A stretch of DNA of 61,629 bases, counting the filler, from Sphacelaria rigidula (Eukaryota), in the NCBI GenBank assembly GCA_964200075.2. It is 6 parts of 6 records of this genome, joined end to end, with 100 filler letters (N's around TTAATTAATTAA, not from the genome) between each part and the next. Parts side by side here need not be neighbours in the genome. Positions count along the whole stretch, not along the records: positions 1 to 10,189 come from CAXNAA020006965.1; positions 10,290 to 20,478 come from CAXNAA020006966.1; 4 more parts are not named here. The stretch is one strand, 5' to 3'. The notes beneath the pieces are model-generated. The model had not been told where the DNA came from. It saw nothing but the letters and a program-made list of their open reading frames with translations, and made no database searches. Positions 1-12,053 of this stretch are shown here, piece after piece. Position 1 is the stretch's first letter; every line of letters begins with the position of its first letter. The position numbers and the translations under genes were made by a program.

Positions 1-62
1 GTAGGGATGCGAGGTCAATAGTCATATGACTATGGCATGCAAGATCATTAGTACACCCCCCC
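1..62 (-). repeat. Dispersed repeat R1, G-rich end, truncated by contig start
   Basis: Reverse complement matches GGGGGTGTACTCATGATCATGCATGCCATAGTCATCAGACCATTGACCTCGCATCCCTAC seen at ~54851-54910 and 30636-30700. Confidence 0.85.
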
Positions 63-437
63 ACGTATTTTGAGTTCAAAAAAGCTCCATCTAACCAGCT
101 CTCTCGTTTGCATCTAACTGTATGCCATGAGCGGAATGGGAATGGTCGGCGCAAGTCCGGGGGAGCCTCATGGGGACGACTGAAAGCAAAGTGTTTTGTG
201 CTAGAAATTAAAATATTTCTTCTCGACTTTTTACCTACGTCGAAGATGCCGATCGTTTTCCATCTATTTTTTGGTCCAGTAACGGAGGCCATGCAACATG
301 CCGGACAGTCAACCCATTGCTGAATAAATCATATATGTCCCAAGCCCAGCACAGACGCAGCATTGCCAAGAGATGCTGTGTTTCCATAGAACACAAAATG
401 CAAATCGACAACGAAGGTAGAACGACACCGGATTCAC

Positions 438-653
438 CTGTTCAAGCTTCCAGGTGTCGAGAATCTCACCCAGGCCCACCGACTTCGGCTGAAGAGTCTT
501 GAGTACGGCGGTGGCCGACTTGCCGGCAGCGGCGCTCACGCTTTTCATCATGCCGCCTCCCTTCTGAGGGGTCCTTCTCTTGCCAAGAGCAGAGTATTCC
601 CGAGAGGATTGTTCCCTCCGCATGGGGTCACCCCCGTGTCCTCGCCCATCACC
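438..653 (-). CDS. Internal exon (phase 0-0, 72 aa) of an unknown gene
   Basis: Acceptor gaacacag|GGT, donor GAACAG|gtgaat; open frame GDGRGHGGDPMRREQ...LGEILDTWKLEQ; phase-compatible with exon 1454-1852. Confidence 0.65.
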
Positions 654-1453
654 CTGTGTTCACGACAAATATGCGTGTATGTCTGTGCGTTTCCCCATAA
701 CAGCGTTTTTTCTCAAAACTTATACGCAGTCGAAATTGTGTGACAAAATTAAAATTACCACACCAGGATAAACAATCAACCACGGTAGCAATTGTTACCG
801 TCACAACGACGGCGGGTTGAAGAATACGTAGCCAGAGCCGGGTGGTGAGCAACAGATCATAGTGTACCCCGATAATATTTGTTGACCTGACAATCAGACA
901 CCGATCCTGGACATGGTATTGTACTGCTGTATGATCACGCCGTGGTATGTATACTTCGATACGCACAACAGGGACCGTGAAGGGAGTTGTAACTGTACCG
1001 TAACACACATACATACCAAACCCACCATCCTTGAGGATATATTTCATGTCTCGTACAAAAAAAAAATGTAGGATACACGTCGCCAAACCCCTTCTTCAGA
1101 AGATCAACGCTAGTTTCGGCGGGTATCCTGGGTTCGACTTCCGACGGTATCGTAGTCTTCAGTCCAGCTTCCGTCCCCCGAGAAAAAAAAATGAGAAGGT
1201 GACTTGGCGAAACATTGAAAAAAAACTCCGACGAAAAATGGATAGGCTACGGCAGTGCAGATCCAATGCTGAATCATGAAGTGCAAACCAGACACCGAGG
1301 GGGAAGATGGGTTGACCCCCTGGGATCGCGGACTTCTCTGATGGCTGTGAAAAGTGCGTTGAGTTGGAAACAAAAAAACGGCCGAGCAAACAAACGAGAG
1401 AGGTTCACCTTCCTCACCGTTGGCCTACCATGTCGCTCATCCCTTCGTCTCAC

Positions 1454-1852
1454 CTGCTTTCCGCGACTGTTGCTCAACGCGCGTCTGCGCTTGGTGCTCA
1501 AAGAGCCCCCTCGTCCTCCCCCTCCTTCTCCACGACCACTTTTCCGCCCGCCTCCGGTATCGCTGTTGTAATAATGGTGGCTGCTTTCCTCCTCCTCGTT
1601 CTCCTCACCCTCTCGTTCGTCGGTGTCGAACCCATCACTATCGAACTCTGAATCTACATCATCTTCTTCGCTCACGCCATGGTCTTCCTCCATCCGATCG
1701 ACGCTGTCATCTCCGTCCTCCTCCGTCAGGTTTCCGACCTCGTTTTTCGCTGCAACCCTGTTCTTACCGCTTGCGCCACCTGAGGACGGCCGTTTCAACG
1801 TTTTTTTGCCATCGCGTCGACGACCTCCATGTGATGATGGCGCAACAGGGTC
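1454..1852 (-). CDS. Internal exon (phase 0-0, 133 aa), acidic and Gly/Arg-rich, of the same unknown gene
   Basis: Acceptor tgctttgtgcag|GAC, donor AAGCAG|gtgaga; DPVAPSSHGG...EEDDVDSEFDSDGFDTDEREGEENEEEE...KRRRALSNSRGKQ. Confidence 0.75.
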
Positions 1853-2740
1853 CTGCACAAAGCAAGAGCACATTTGACGGAGTGGGGGGAGGGTAAGAGA
1901 GCTACCACATTTTGACCTTTGCTTCGATCTCGGCTGATTAATTCTGCTTACAAAAATAAACTGGTGATCTTTGCTTCCTGAGTGTCGCTCCATTTCTGTT
2001 TGGCTTCGTGTGCCGAGTGGGAACATTAGGCTCTTCCTCCAGCAGTCCGACTGGTCGACTGCGGCACGGGAACTTCATGGTGTCATAGCAGTATTTTCCT
2101 TTATTTTGAATTGCGCCTGTGTGAGTTTTTCCGAGTCTTATTTCACATCATATTACGAGTATTTCCTTTTGGCTTACTTCGGGTAGTTAGCATGTGACCA
2201 CGGAAGGCGTCTGCATCAGATTCATAGTACGGAGTACAATAATGCGTATATACCGGAAGTTTTTTAATGGTAGGACAAAAACAAAATGAAACAGGAACAA
2301 AAAAAAGTACTGTCCGGCAGAAATGCCCATTCGATTCTAGTTTCAAAGCCCAACGGGAGTCAGTATCATGTTGAAGAAGGGGTTTGGTATGAGATCACAG
2401 CAAACTAGGGCAGTACGGGGACTGCGTTTGTACGTGGAGTCAACATACATGATATTTACGCCGCATTACCACATGCTCACCCTTCATCCCCGCTATAGAT
2501 GCCCATGCATGGCAGGAGAATTGGCTGAGGATTGTCGTCGGCGCACCCAAGGTCAGGGAGGAACATGATGTAGGCAACATAACGAGACACTTGGTGCAGC
2601 CATGTAGTGTGGTACTATGCTGTAATGTTGTACTAGAAGTGACACTCTGACGCCGTAAATCGTGGTCAAGTGTGTATGATGTACTGGCTGTACTGCACTA
2701 TTTTGTGATCGTTCGGGCTAACACGTGTGATGGCGGTAAG

Positions 2741-5700
2741 ATTGATTGATTCATTGATTGTCGCACTTCAACTGACCCCCCAGGGGTCCAGCCGTCGTCT
2801 CATGATAGACGTACTCAAGGAAAACAAACTGAATCACTCGCTGAAGAAAAGAAGGAACATAAAAAAAAAAAGACGAACAGAACGACATAGTAGACTAAGA
2901 CGTAACAAAAAAAAAAAAGTAGACAAAAGCAAAGCACAGAAAGAAATGGACGACCGAAAACAGAAAAAAAAGGAAAACAAGAGGAAAGTAAAGAGCAAAT
3001 AAAATAGAATAAAATAACATGGTGATAGAAAACTAAAAAAGTTGAAGGGATTCAGGGCAGCATTGTAGATACAGATACACACCAGTGGGCACCGCAGAGC
3101 CATCGACTAAAGACATAATCAACAATCGATATGAGAATACAGGATTCTTCGATTGGCAGCCCTCGACGTAGCAGCCTCTCGCTTGTGACGGCGGTCTGAT
3201 TCCCGCTTGTCCGCGCGTCGCTACGTGTCCTCAAACTCTTCCGCCCTCTTTTCGACTCCAATATGCCATTTGCTCATGTTCTACGCCGCAGTGACCCAAT
3301 CGTATGCATCGTTAACCTCTACACTGTAGACGAACCACCCTCATCGGGCTCCTTTGTGCGGGACAGCTCCTCGCGCACGTAGGTTCTCCTTTAGGGTATC
3401 CTCCCATCACTTGGGGGGGCGGCCGACCTCCTTGGGCCCTCGTGTGGAAAGCCGACCGTTCATGACACGCTTGGGAAGGCGTGTGTCCTTCTGCTGGACG
3501 AGGGCTCCCGCGAAGCAGAGTTGACGTTTCCTGATGGTCGTCTCGATACGTTCGCAGTTGGTCATCTCGAGCCCCGCTCTGTACGAAAGAGTCTTGTAGC
3601 CATTTCGATCGTTCTTGCGGAATCCAACCACTCGCAGCAAGAGCTTGTGATGAGCAGTGCGCAGACTGTCGAAGTCCTCAGAACGTAGCGCCCACGTGGC
3701 ACACCCATACAATAGAGCTTGTACCACCTCCGCGTTAAGCAGTCAAACATTCAAGGATAGCACGGCGTTGGGTCGGTCGTAGAGTTGGGAGCTATATTTT
3801 CGGATACACGCCCACGCCGCGCTGATACTGCGGTTGATTTCGATGGATATTTTCGCATCCGCGCTGATAGCTGCACAAAGGTAGATGAACTTCCCTGTCT
3901 GCTTATACCGTTGACCGGCAGCTTTGATATCCAGGGTGGCCTCCGTGGGACTGGGCACTGACCAAAGGCACATGGACTCTGTCTTGTTCTCGGAGACCAT
4001 CAGGCCGAATTCCTGGCAGGTCGTCACCATCATGGCCATCATTCGAGCAAGGCCTTCTGAGGTCTTCGAGGCTACGCCGGCGTCGTCCGCATAAAGCATT
4101 GCCCACACCGCGCGTCGCACCTTTTCCAGTGGCGTCTCTTCCACGGGTTCACCACCGACACCTTGTGGCGCATCATGTAAAAATACCAAGTCTGAGACGA
4201 GCAGTGGGTCCGCCGCAAACCGCTGGACGATCACTTCCACCAAGCCTGCTCCGAAGATGTTCAACAGCAGCGGAGACGAAAAGCAAGCTTGTCCGAGTCC
4301 CTGGCAGACGTCGAACCACGCTGACAGTTCGCCACTATCTAGCTGTACTCGAACTCGCATGCCGTCGTGAAACATACGGATAATCGTCATCATTCGCGAT
4401 AGGACTCCGAACCGAGGAAGCACTTCCCACAGGAGTGTGCGGTCTAGAGAATCGTAAGCTTTCTGCATATCGATAAAGCACACGTTTATTGGGATGTTGC
4501 TCGCCCGTCCCAAATCCTGGAGTCAGCGTACGACAAACATCATGCCTGTGGTTGATCTTTAGCGCCTAAATCCACACTGCTCTTCCGGGAAGACATATGT
4601 TTCCTCACATAAATCACCAAGCCTATTGGCGACGATTATGAGGAGAACTTTAGCAGTATGTGCCACAAGTGAAATGTCTGTAGTTACTACACTGGGTCCT
4701 ATCTTGTTTTTTGTGTAGCACTTCGATGGGGACAGCTTCCCATTCTTGCGGCACCTCGCCAGATGTCCAAACCGCAGAGACGATGCCGTGGAAGTGGTAC
4801 AGAATGTCCGACGCCTCCCCGTTATGTCCAAGCTTCAGGATTTCAGCAGGAACATCATCCGGACCGGTTGCTTTGCCATTCGACATAGCTCTGAGAGCCT
4901 CCTCAGTTTCAATTGGGCTTGGTTGGTCTCCTCGTGACAGCGCTATTGGTCGTTGAGCAATTTTCTCGATGATAGTGCGGTCGATAGTTGCCGATATGGC
5001 GTTTAATAATGCAGAAAAGTACCGTTTCTATGTCCCACTGATCAAACCTCTGTCCCGCAGTAAATTGCCGCCCTCATCTCGAATGTACTGTTCACTCTCG
5101 ATCGGTCGTCCAGACAGTCTCCACCCTCCGTTGAAATGTCTGTACCATCCTCTCATGTCCCCCGCTCGAGTATGTTCCTCTAGTTCTCCAGCATACACAT
5201 CCATATATTTGTCCACCCCAACTCGGATCACCTCTTTGATCTTTTTGCATGCTGCTTGCGATGTGCGCCGTGTGAGTTCATCTCGAGATGATCCCAGTCT
5301 CACTGTTGATCTCGCCCTCCATCCAGGCAAGTTCGAATTCCGTTCTGATTCCAGCATCCTCGAACCACCCCAGTATACGTGGCTTTCGGGTCAGACGGGG
5401 TACCTCCTTTTCAGCGGCACTCAAGAGTACGTCGGCAAAGTTCGAAGCCAGTGAACTAACTGTATCACCAGGTATACTCCATTTGAGCTCGCTGATGATG
5501 AGCTGGGTGAGCTGCTCACGCTGTTGGGGTCAGATAATATTGCCCGTCTGTCGATCGGTGTACGCCCAACTGGGATTCGTCTAGGTTTGTTGTGTGCGAA
5601 GCGACCGAGGAGCCGCACTGAGGCGCACACTATCTTGTGGTCAGAGTCCGGCGAGTTGGGGGGTTGAAGGTGGACGGTGACATTGCGAACGAGCCTGCGG

Positions 5701-5860
5701 TGATCTTGCCGTGTGATGACGTAGTCAATTGCTTTCTGTCCGCGGGGCGATTTGCAACACCGTTGAATGTACGCGAGGTGTTTCCCCTAGGGGTGGAAAA
5801 AAATGTGTTGACCAGGAAAAGCCTGTTGTCGCCTGCAAATTGTTGTAAGATACTGACCAT
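2741..5860 (-). mobile_element. Degenerate 5'-truncated non-LTR retrotransposon (RTE-like LINE): APE endonuclease C-terminus, reverse transcriptase, 3'UTR and (CAAT)n tail
   Basis: Fragmented ORFs carry LFLVNTFF (APE), [39 protein letters not shown] (RT active site), LLYGCATW and RLPKRVM, with many frameshifts and stops. 3' end GGCTGGACCCCTGGGGGTCAGTTGAAGTGCGACAATCAAT at ~2741-2795. Confidence 0.93.
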
Positions 5861-6239
5861 GAAATGAGTATTTCGGTTGAAACAGACGCGTCTACCAAAA
5901 GGACCATCAATTCGCCTTCTGTATGTAGAGGAGCACAACATACTAGGTCGACGTACGTCGTGGATGACAACGACACAGCATCTTCAAGTAGAACCAGCAT
6001 TTCAGTGAAATCGATCAGACAACGCTCACGGGTAAGCTGGCAACTGCAATTTCAGACAGCAGCGAATGACGATTGTTTTATTCTTTTCGAAATACTGTCT
6101 CCTTGTCCCGTGCCTTTTCCCCCCCTCTCTTCTCTCTCCTCCCCTCTCCTCTCTTCTTCCTCCCTTCCCTTCCTTTGTCATCATTTCACCTCTTTTTCTT
6201 CTCCATACCGTATTAGTGTCCATGCCTTGCTGCCGCAAA

Positions 6240-6635
6240 GGTCGTGAGTGAGAGTTCCTCTCCGAATACTGTGTTCCTTAGACAGCTGAGTAGGTGCCTG
6301 TTTCCAGGGCTTCGTTGTTTTTCTCGCAAGGCCTCCTTACCTGAAGTTGTGTGGTAGGGGGCTGCCCTTTGTGTTTTGGTTGTACTTGTTCGATTTTTTC
6401 TCGGGGCCGGTAATAGATCTAAACCTGGCGCTCTCCGTTTTTTTCTTTCCTTTCTCCTTATGCTTCCCGTTTGGACTTCACTTTGTTTGATCTGTCCTTA
6501 TGCTTCATCCTCCTCGTCCTCGAGTATAGTTCAACGATGTTTCTCCTGCTTATTTACCTTGAGGCACTTCTGTATCGTGACCATGGTTGGATTCCTGTCG
6601 CATCAGTTAATATGCCACAAATAGTCATCAATCGA
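6240..6635 (+). mobile_element. Probable 3'UTR/terminal remnant of a related LINE or SINE
   Basis: Ends ATCGTGACCATGGTTGGATTCC...CAGTTAATATGCCACA, resembling the LINE terminus GAGACCACGGCTGGACCCC...CAGTTAAAGTGCGACA at 59570-59613. Confidence 0.5.
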
Positions 6636-8563
6636 ACCTGTCCATCAATCGAGAAATGAACTACGTCGGTTCAGTAGAGTTGACGTGAGTTCACCGGTCT
6701 AAGGTCGAGTCGAGACCGATGCACATCTCCTTGTTCAACCAGTTTGAGAACAGATTTATCGCCCGCAACGACCACTTTTGAGTCATACACCTCCCGGTCA
6801 CATCCAAGCCGGATCGAAACACAGGTTGAGAAAAGGCGAATGCGGCGATTCTCGCAATGGTGGTTGATCCAACATCTCCACACCGGTACAAAAAAAGTGG
6901 GCGACAAGGAAGCATAAAGTCTACACACACCGAGCCCCGAAAAAACACGCACAGACATTGAGCACTCATGCATACTACCTTTATCGCTAGCCCTTGCTTA
7001 TCTACACATGGCAGTATTTGTTCGACGGAACTCCGTTGAGTATTGGAGGAGGGGAGGTCGCGTGCATGTCATTTTCAACCGAAAACCTGCCACTACTGAC
7101 ACCGTGTGAGGGCGTTTTCGGCGCGCGTCTGACACGAATTTTAGATCCCTGTTGAATCCTGAACATATTTGATCGAAACCTACATGCTGCGGCTCGACCT
7201 GTCTGTTCTTGGTTCGAGGGGGCAGTGGGGCTCTCACTTTCATGTGTAGTTAGGTTGGGTTGTGGTGTGGCACACTGTTGCATGCCGCCTTGCGGTTGCC
7301 ACGTTCATGTTTTCCTTCTAGCAGACTAATTGCCGGTTCACGAAAAAAACGATTTCAAACCCCGCCCCAACGGGTTTTCAACAATCGTTTGCTCCAACAC
7401 ATCATTTAGCGATCTTCGTAAGGGGGCGGGGGGGGGGGGGGGGGATTTGCCCGGAACAACAACGGACCAATCCTTTTTTTCTCGTTNNNNNNNNNNTTTT
7501 TGATCCCTTTCGTCTGTGCGGTAGCGTGTTCGGTGGTGATGGGGGCGGGGGGGGGGGGGGGGGGTATTGCACAGACTAATCACGGACCAATCCTTTTTTT
7601 CCCGTTTCGTCAGGTCAGGCCCTTAATCGATCTTGTCACAACATTGTTTTCTAGAGTGGACACTGGCATGCGGACATCTAGGGAGCTGGAAGGGTCATGG
7701 GGTTGGCATAATGCACAGCAAGCGTTTTTGCTCAAATCAGCGCACGAGATACCGACACACCTCTACCTCTCGCGACGTTGCCTTGGGCATCCCTCCTACC
7801 TTCCTTGCCCTAGGGATCTCAGTCCCCCTGAGCAGCGGATGGGGTACGGCTGCGGTTACGGTTGAAATAAGCGAATGAGCCAACCGTACTCCATCACAAC
7901 CTCACTATTACTGAATTAATTGGAGAAGTTGCAGCATGAATGACCATGTCTACATTCACCACGGCGACGAGAACTGGGATATTGCAGGTATTGGCAATTT
8001 TGTTTCCGTCTCCAAAATGCTTCAGACGGTATCCGAACGAACCGGGATTGTCTTACTCCACCATCTCGGAAGACTCTTACCATCGCGGTGGAATCGTCGA
8101 TAAGGCAATTAAGGAAAGCAACAACATCGTTGTGCGTACGTGAGTTTTGCAATCTCGTGGAATTCTTCGTTTACGGTAGTGATCATCGGTAAGCCCCACG
8201 GTGGCCGCATCTAGCTTGGTCGACAGAGGTGTGCTCATGAGCCAACGGCCTGAAGATATCACCAGTGGCACAACATTTATTTGCAGTTTATTATAGTGGT
8301 TTCTGCAAGCCATAGGCACTATGACCACAATGTGAAAATTCCAGCAAGTAAGTCTTATGGGCTTAGAAGGCCAAGTTATTCCGGATAAGAATTCCTGGAG
8401 GGCAATGGATGAACGACCTGCTTCGGCCGCGGTGAGTGGATCACTGCTGTAGGCTGTACCCTGCCAGTGCTCTCGGCACTACATGACAGCACATCACGGC
8501 ACACCACGGTGGTATAGTCACGGCAGCAACGCTGTATATTCAACATGTTGGACATTTGAGTAC

Positions 8564-8812
8564 CTTTTCGTTGGGGTCAATATCTCCTCCCCGTTGGTTC
8601 CGTTTCTGCAGTGTGACTCTCCCTCCCACGCCATCCCGGTGATCAACGGAACGCCGTCCGCTACGGCTATCACCACCGTTGCTGCTACGTTTACCACGTT
8701 TACCGCTAATGCGGTGTCCCGTTGCCTCCAGGTGTTTTGGTGCACTACTTTTCACGGAGGCAACGTCCACAAGTATCGAGACAATAACGACGACAAGAAC
8801 TAGCCGGCGCAT
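8564..8812 (-). CDS. Candidate first exon with hydrophobic signal-peptide-like N-terminus (83 aa)
   Basis: ATG at 8812: MRRLVLVVVIVSILVDVASVKS...DPNEK, donor AAG|gtactc, phase 0. May belong to the gene with exons 1454-1852 and 438-653. Confidence 0.5.
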
Positions 8813-9335
8813 CCTTGATATCCTCCCTGAGGTTGTGGGCAGCAATAGGTGCCACCCCCATGTGCTCGCAATGATGCCGGCTTGTTTGTCGGCAGAGGGT
8901 GCCAGCGGCCTCCACGTGTCAGTGCAAGAAGCGGTCATGTTCCATGTAATTTTGAAGTGGTATTGAGCCTCTGGCCTGAACAACAAAGAGGAAACAATCG
9001 CTGAGTTTTTAGCATTGTAATTCATTTTTCCTATTCAATTACAGTATTCGCTTGCTTAATATCTCGCTTTGGCCCAAGACAGGCACATATCCGCACCTAG
9101 CGGGATTGGTAATACGTAATAAGTGGAAACTCTGATAGCCAGCCTGGGATTAATGGCTCTGAGCGGTCAATCTGATGTGGAGAACAAAAACACCACACAT
9201 ACTCTTGTACTGGGCTAGACTTGGGCTAGATGACGAGAGGAGCGAACGAGCCCATTAGGTTGTGGATATGGGTCATAACCTCTTCCGGTATGCTTGCTAG
9301 ACCTAAATATCCTGTGCTCCAGCAGGATAGCTAAG

Positions 9336-9992
9336 ATGGATCAATCCGGTAAAGAGGCGTCCAGTCTTTCACCGGCCGCACCTGTGTTTGTCCATGGCGT
9401 GGGTGCGATGCAGTTCGAGCGATCACGCACAGTTGCCACCCCCGCTGCTGCAGCTGCAGCTGCAGCTGCGATTGCGGCTGCTACGGCGGTGCCCACCCTG
9501 GACGAATCTAATCCATCAAACATACTTCCTGTTGGAGGTGCAGCCCACGCGATGTCGCCGCTCCCACGGAGCCCACATCACTCGGCGGCGCTAGACAGGC
9601 AAACACCAGCAGCACTAGCGGAGCAACCGCCCCCGTCTCACTCTGTCGCAGATATCGGTAGCAAAGAGTTGGACGTGCTGACAGCTCGGTCACAATCTTC
9701 GCAGTTCACCATTGTCGGTAAGAGTTATCAAGCCGCTCTTTCGACAAATGCTATTGCCTCTGCTACTGCAAGTGCTACCACCAGCAATGAGTATCAGCCT
9801 GAGCCTGCGCTGCATCCATCGCCTTCTGGGGCCGCGAGCATGACCCGGGATCCGGTTCGCGGTCAGGTATCCGTAAACCCCACGGATACTCCAACCGCCG
9901 TGGCGAGAGAAAGAAGAGAAGAACGATCGCCGACGGCGTCGCCTCCTCCAAAACCCGACTCCTCGCATCGAGCGAAAAGAGCTGTCTTTCCG
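9336..9992 (+). CDS. Ala/Pro/Ser-rich exon (219 aa), probable first coding exon of an unknown gene
   Basis: 657-nt open frame MDQSGKEASS...AKRAVFP ending at donor CCG|gtacgt; rest of gene lost at contig end. Confidence 0.65.
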
Positions 9993-10189
9993 GTACGTGT
10001 TTGGCTAGGCTCGTAACAAGAAATAGTTGGTGTATAATTTGACGGTACGAGCTGGGCCGGGCAAGAAGCTGAAAAAAGCTTGATTTCGCTCTGCCCCGCT
10101 CAATTTTTCGAGTTCGGATCTGAAAATTTGAGACGTGATTCTTATCAAGCTTACAAAAACACTGAATGCTGATCAAAATATATATATAT

Positions 10190-10289
10190 NNNNNNNNNNN
10201 NNNNNNNNNNNNNNNNNNNNNNNNNNNNNNNNNTTAATTAATTAANNNNNNNNNNNNNNNNNNNNNNNNNNNNNNNNNNNNNNNNNNNN
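10190..10289. other. Artificial 100-bp contig spacer N44-TTAATTAATTAA-N44
   Basis: Linker with stop codons in all six frames; identical at five positions in the window. Confidence 0.99.
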
Positions 10290-10299
10290 GTCCAGAGGG

Positions 10300-10457
10300 T
10301 ATCCACGCAACTTTTGCGCCATTCCACGTGTTTGGGCTGCGTGTACCTGGGTTGCAACGCTGAAAACAAAGCCTAGGGATTGATCCGTACGATTCGAATC
10401 AAATACACCAAAACCAAGTAACTTCCAGATGAGTCATTGATTTGTACCACCCTTGAA
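10300..10457 (+). repeat. Dispersed repeat R2, second copy at ~49660-49835
   Basis: TCCACGCAA...GCGCCATTCCACGTGT...TACCTGG...GCTGAAAACAAA...CGAATCAA...CAAGTAA.TTCCAGAT shared between contigs 2 and 5. Confidence 0.8.
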
Positions 10458-10741
10458 TAGTTGATACATCTTGCCACATAATCGAACTATTGATACCTTT
10501 ACTTACTGCACACCTACGGTTGAATCGTACCTTACGCCCCGCGGAGGCGTCACTCAACCAAATCGGTCGTTGCAGAAACAACATTTCAAATAATGCCTCC
10601 CTTTCAAACTCGTTGCCCATTCAGTGTGCTCTTCCGGGAGCTTCCGGCGCAGTTTCTAACTAGTTGGACAAAATCGCACCGGTAGTTCCAAACAGTGTTC
10701 AGCATCAATTATGACGTCGGATCGTGTACAAGGTCACGTAC

Positions 10742-10838
10742 CGGGTGTCTCAGCGGCATGACGAGAGTGTCCTCGATCTCCTGCTTCACGCCGGCATACC
10801 CCGCCAAAGAATCCCAACCCGGGGCATCCTGGGATCCC
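10742..10838 (-). CDS. AAA+ ATPase exon, start of the ATPase module
   Basis: Acceptor caagcag|G, donor CCG|gtacgt; translates (R)GSQDAPGWDSLAGYAGVKQEIEDTLVMPLRHP, the WDxxxGxxxxKxEIxxxxxxPLxHP segment that precedes Walker A in classic-clade AAA proteins. Too short for the ORF track. Confidence 0.9.
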
Positions 10839-11897
10839 CTGCTTGTATCGACAGCGGACGAACGTCAGAAGATAGGCCAGTATTCGCTGAGTGGGTAAGA
10901 AAGAGTGTGTACAAGCGTTCCGGATTACTGTGCTAGCTTTCACATGTCACAGTCAGAATAGTAGATCGAACGGATATGCACAGTACGTGCGATACCGTAC
11001 AGCTCCATTCTCATGCGAATATGACGAAGTGAAACAGTGGGGTGGGTCGCCTCCCACTGCATGACCATGTGCACCTCTGTGACGGAAATTCACCGATATG
11101 AGGTCTGGGCAAAAATCCGAATACTGTGTTCTGTGTTTTCATTCCCGTATTCGCCAACAGAATTTTCTGCCAAACCCGTGAGTGCCCAAAATGCTGGTTT
11201 CCCTTCAACTGCTTCATTTGCAGCTTTCACAGTATACACCCAACTGTAAAACATGAACACGACCTCCCCAGCATCCTCGCGTAGCCCTTACTGGGCTCAG
11301 TTTCACCTCGCTCCCCGTACCACTCTGCTTACCAAAATATGGGAATACGCTGTTGAACTTCCAAACTCATCGAAACATCAAGCGCCGAATCGCGTTAACA
11401 GCGTGTAGATACGGCACCATCATTCAGGCCTTTTGAATGTCCTGAGCAAGTACTGAAACATTTAGCGTGCGCGGTATGTTCACGATGCTTTCGGATTTAC
11501 GCATGTTCACCATGCCGCAATGCATCGCCAAAAGGAAGGTGCTGTTCGGGTTCGTATGCACAATCGAAATAGTCTTGGGGGGAAAATGACGACGTGGTAG
11601 ATATCGTTAGTACCTTACCCAAGTTTGCCACAAAAGGGGTTATTTAAGCTCTCTCCCCTCTGGGAAGATCGCATGCCATATAGTAGTTGATACAGACTCA
11701 CACAAATTCATATCATTTCACCATTGGAGAATTCACCCCAGCCCTCCTGTGCATTTATGCGGTAGGAGGAGGTCAGGTCGCTACTTGCCGCCTGCGCAAA
11801 ACAGCGTGCGAGGTGACTTCCACTGTTCTGCCTGGGTAGTAATCGACTAAACGAAACACACACGGCTACACGCAGCAGTGCTCATTCTTTAGCTCAC

Positions 11898-12053
11898 CTC
11901 TCGTGAACCTCGACGCCCAGCTGCCGCAACCTCTCCGTGCCGGCCGCTACCTTATCGCCGGGCGTCACGGCACCCGGTCCTCGGCGGGGAGGCATGGGGA
12001 CACCCCCGGAGGTTTGCCCCGGAGGTGTTGGCTCTGCCGGAGCGATTACGAAC
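11898..12053 (-). CDS. AAA+ ATPase gene, upstream exon (phase 2-2)
   Basis: Acceptor atctgcag|G, donor AG|gtgagc; FVIAPAEP...AGTERLRQLGVEVHER joins in frame to 10742-10838. Confidence 0.85.

Noticed and set aside
10234..10245. TTAATTAATTAA as a biological periodic motif or piggyBac target
   Set aside because: Always centred in exactly 44+44 Ns; it is an assembly linker.
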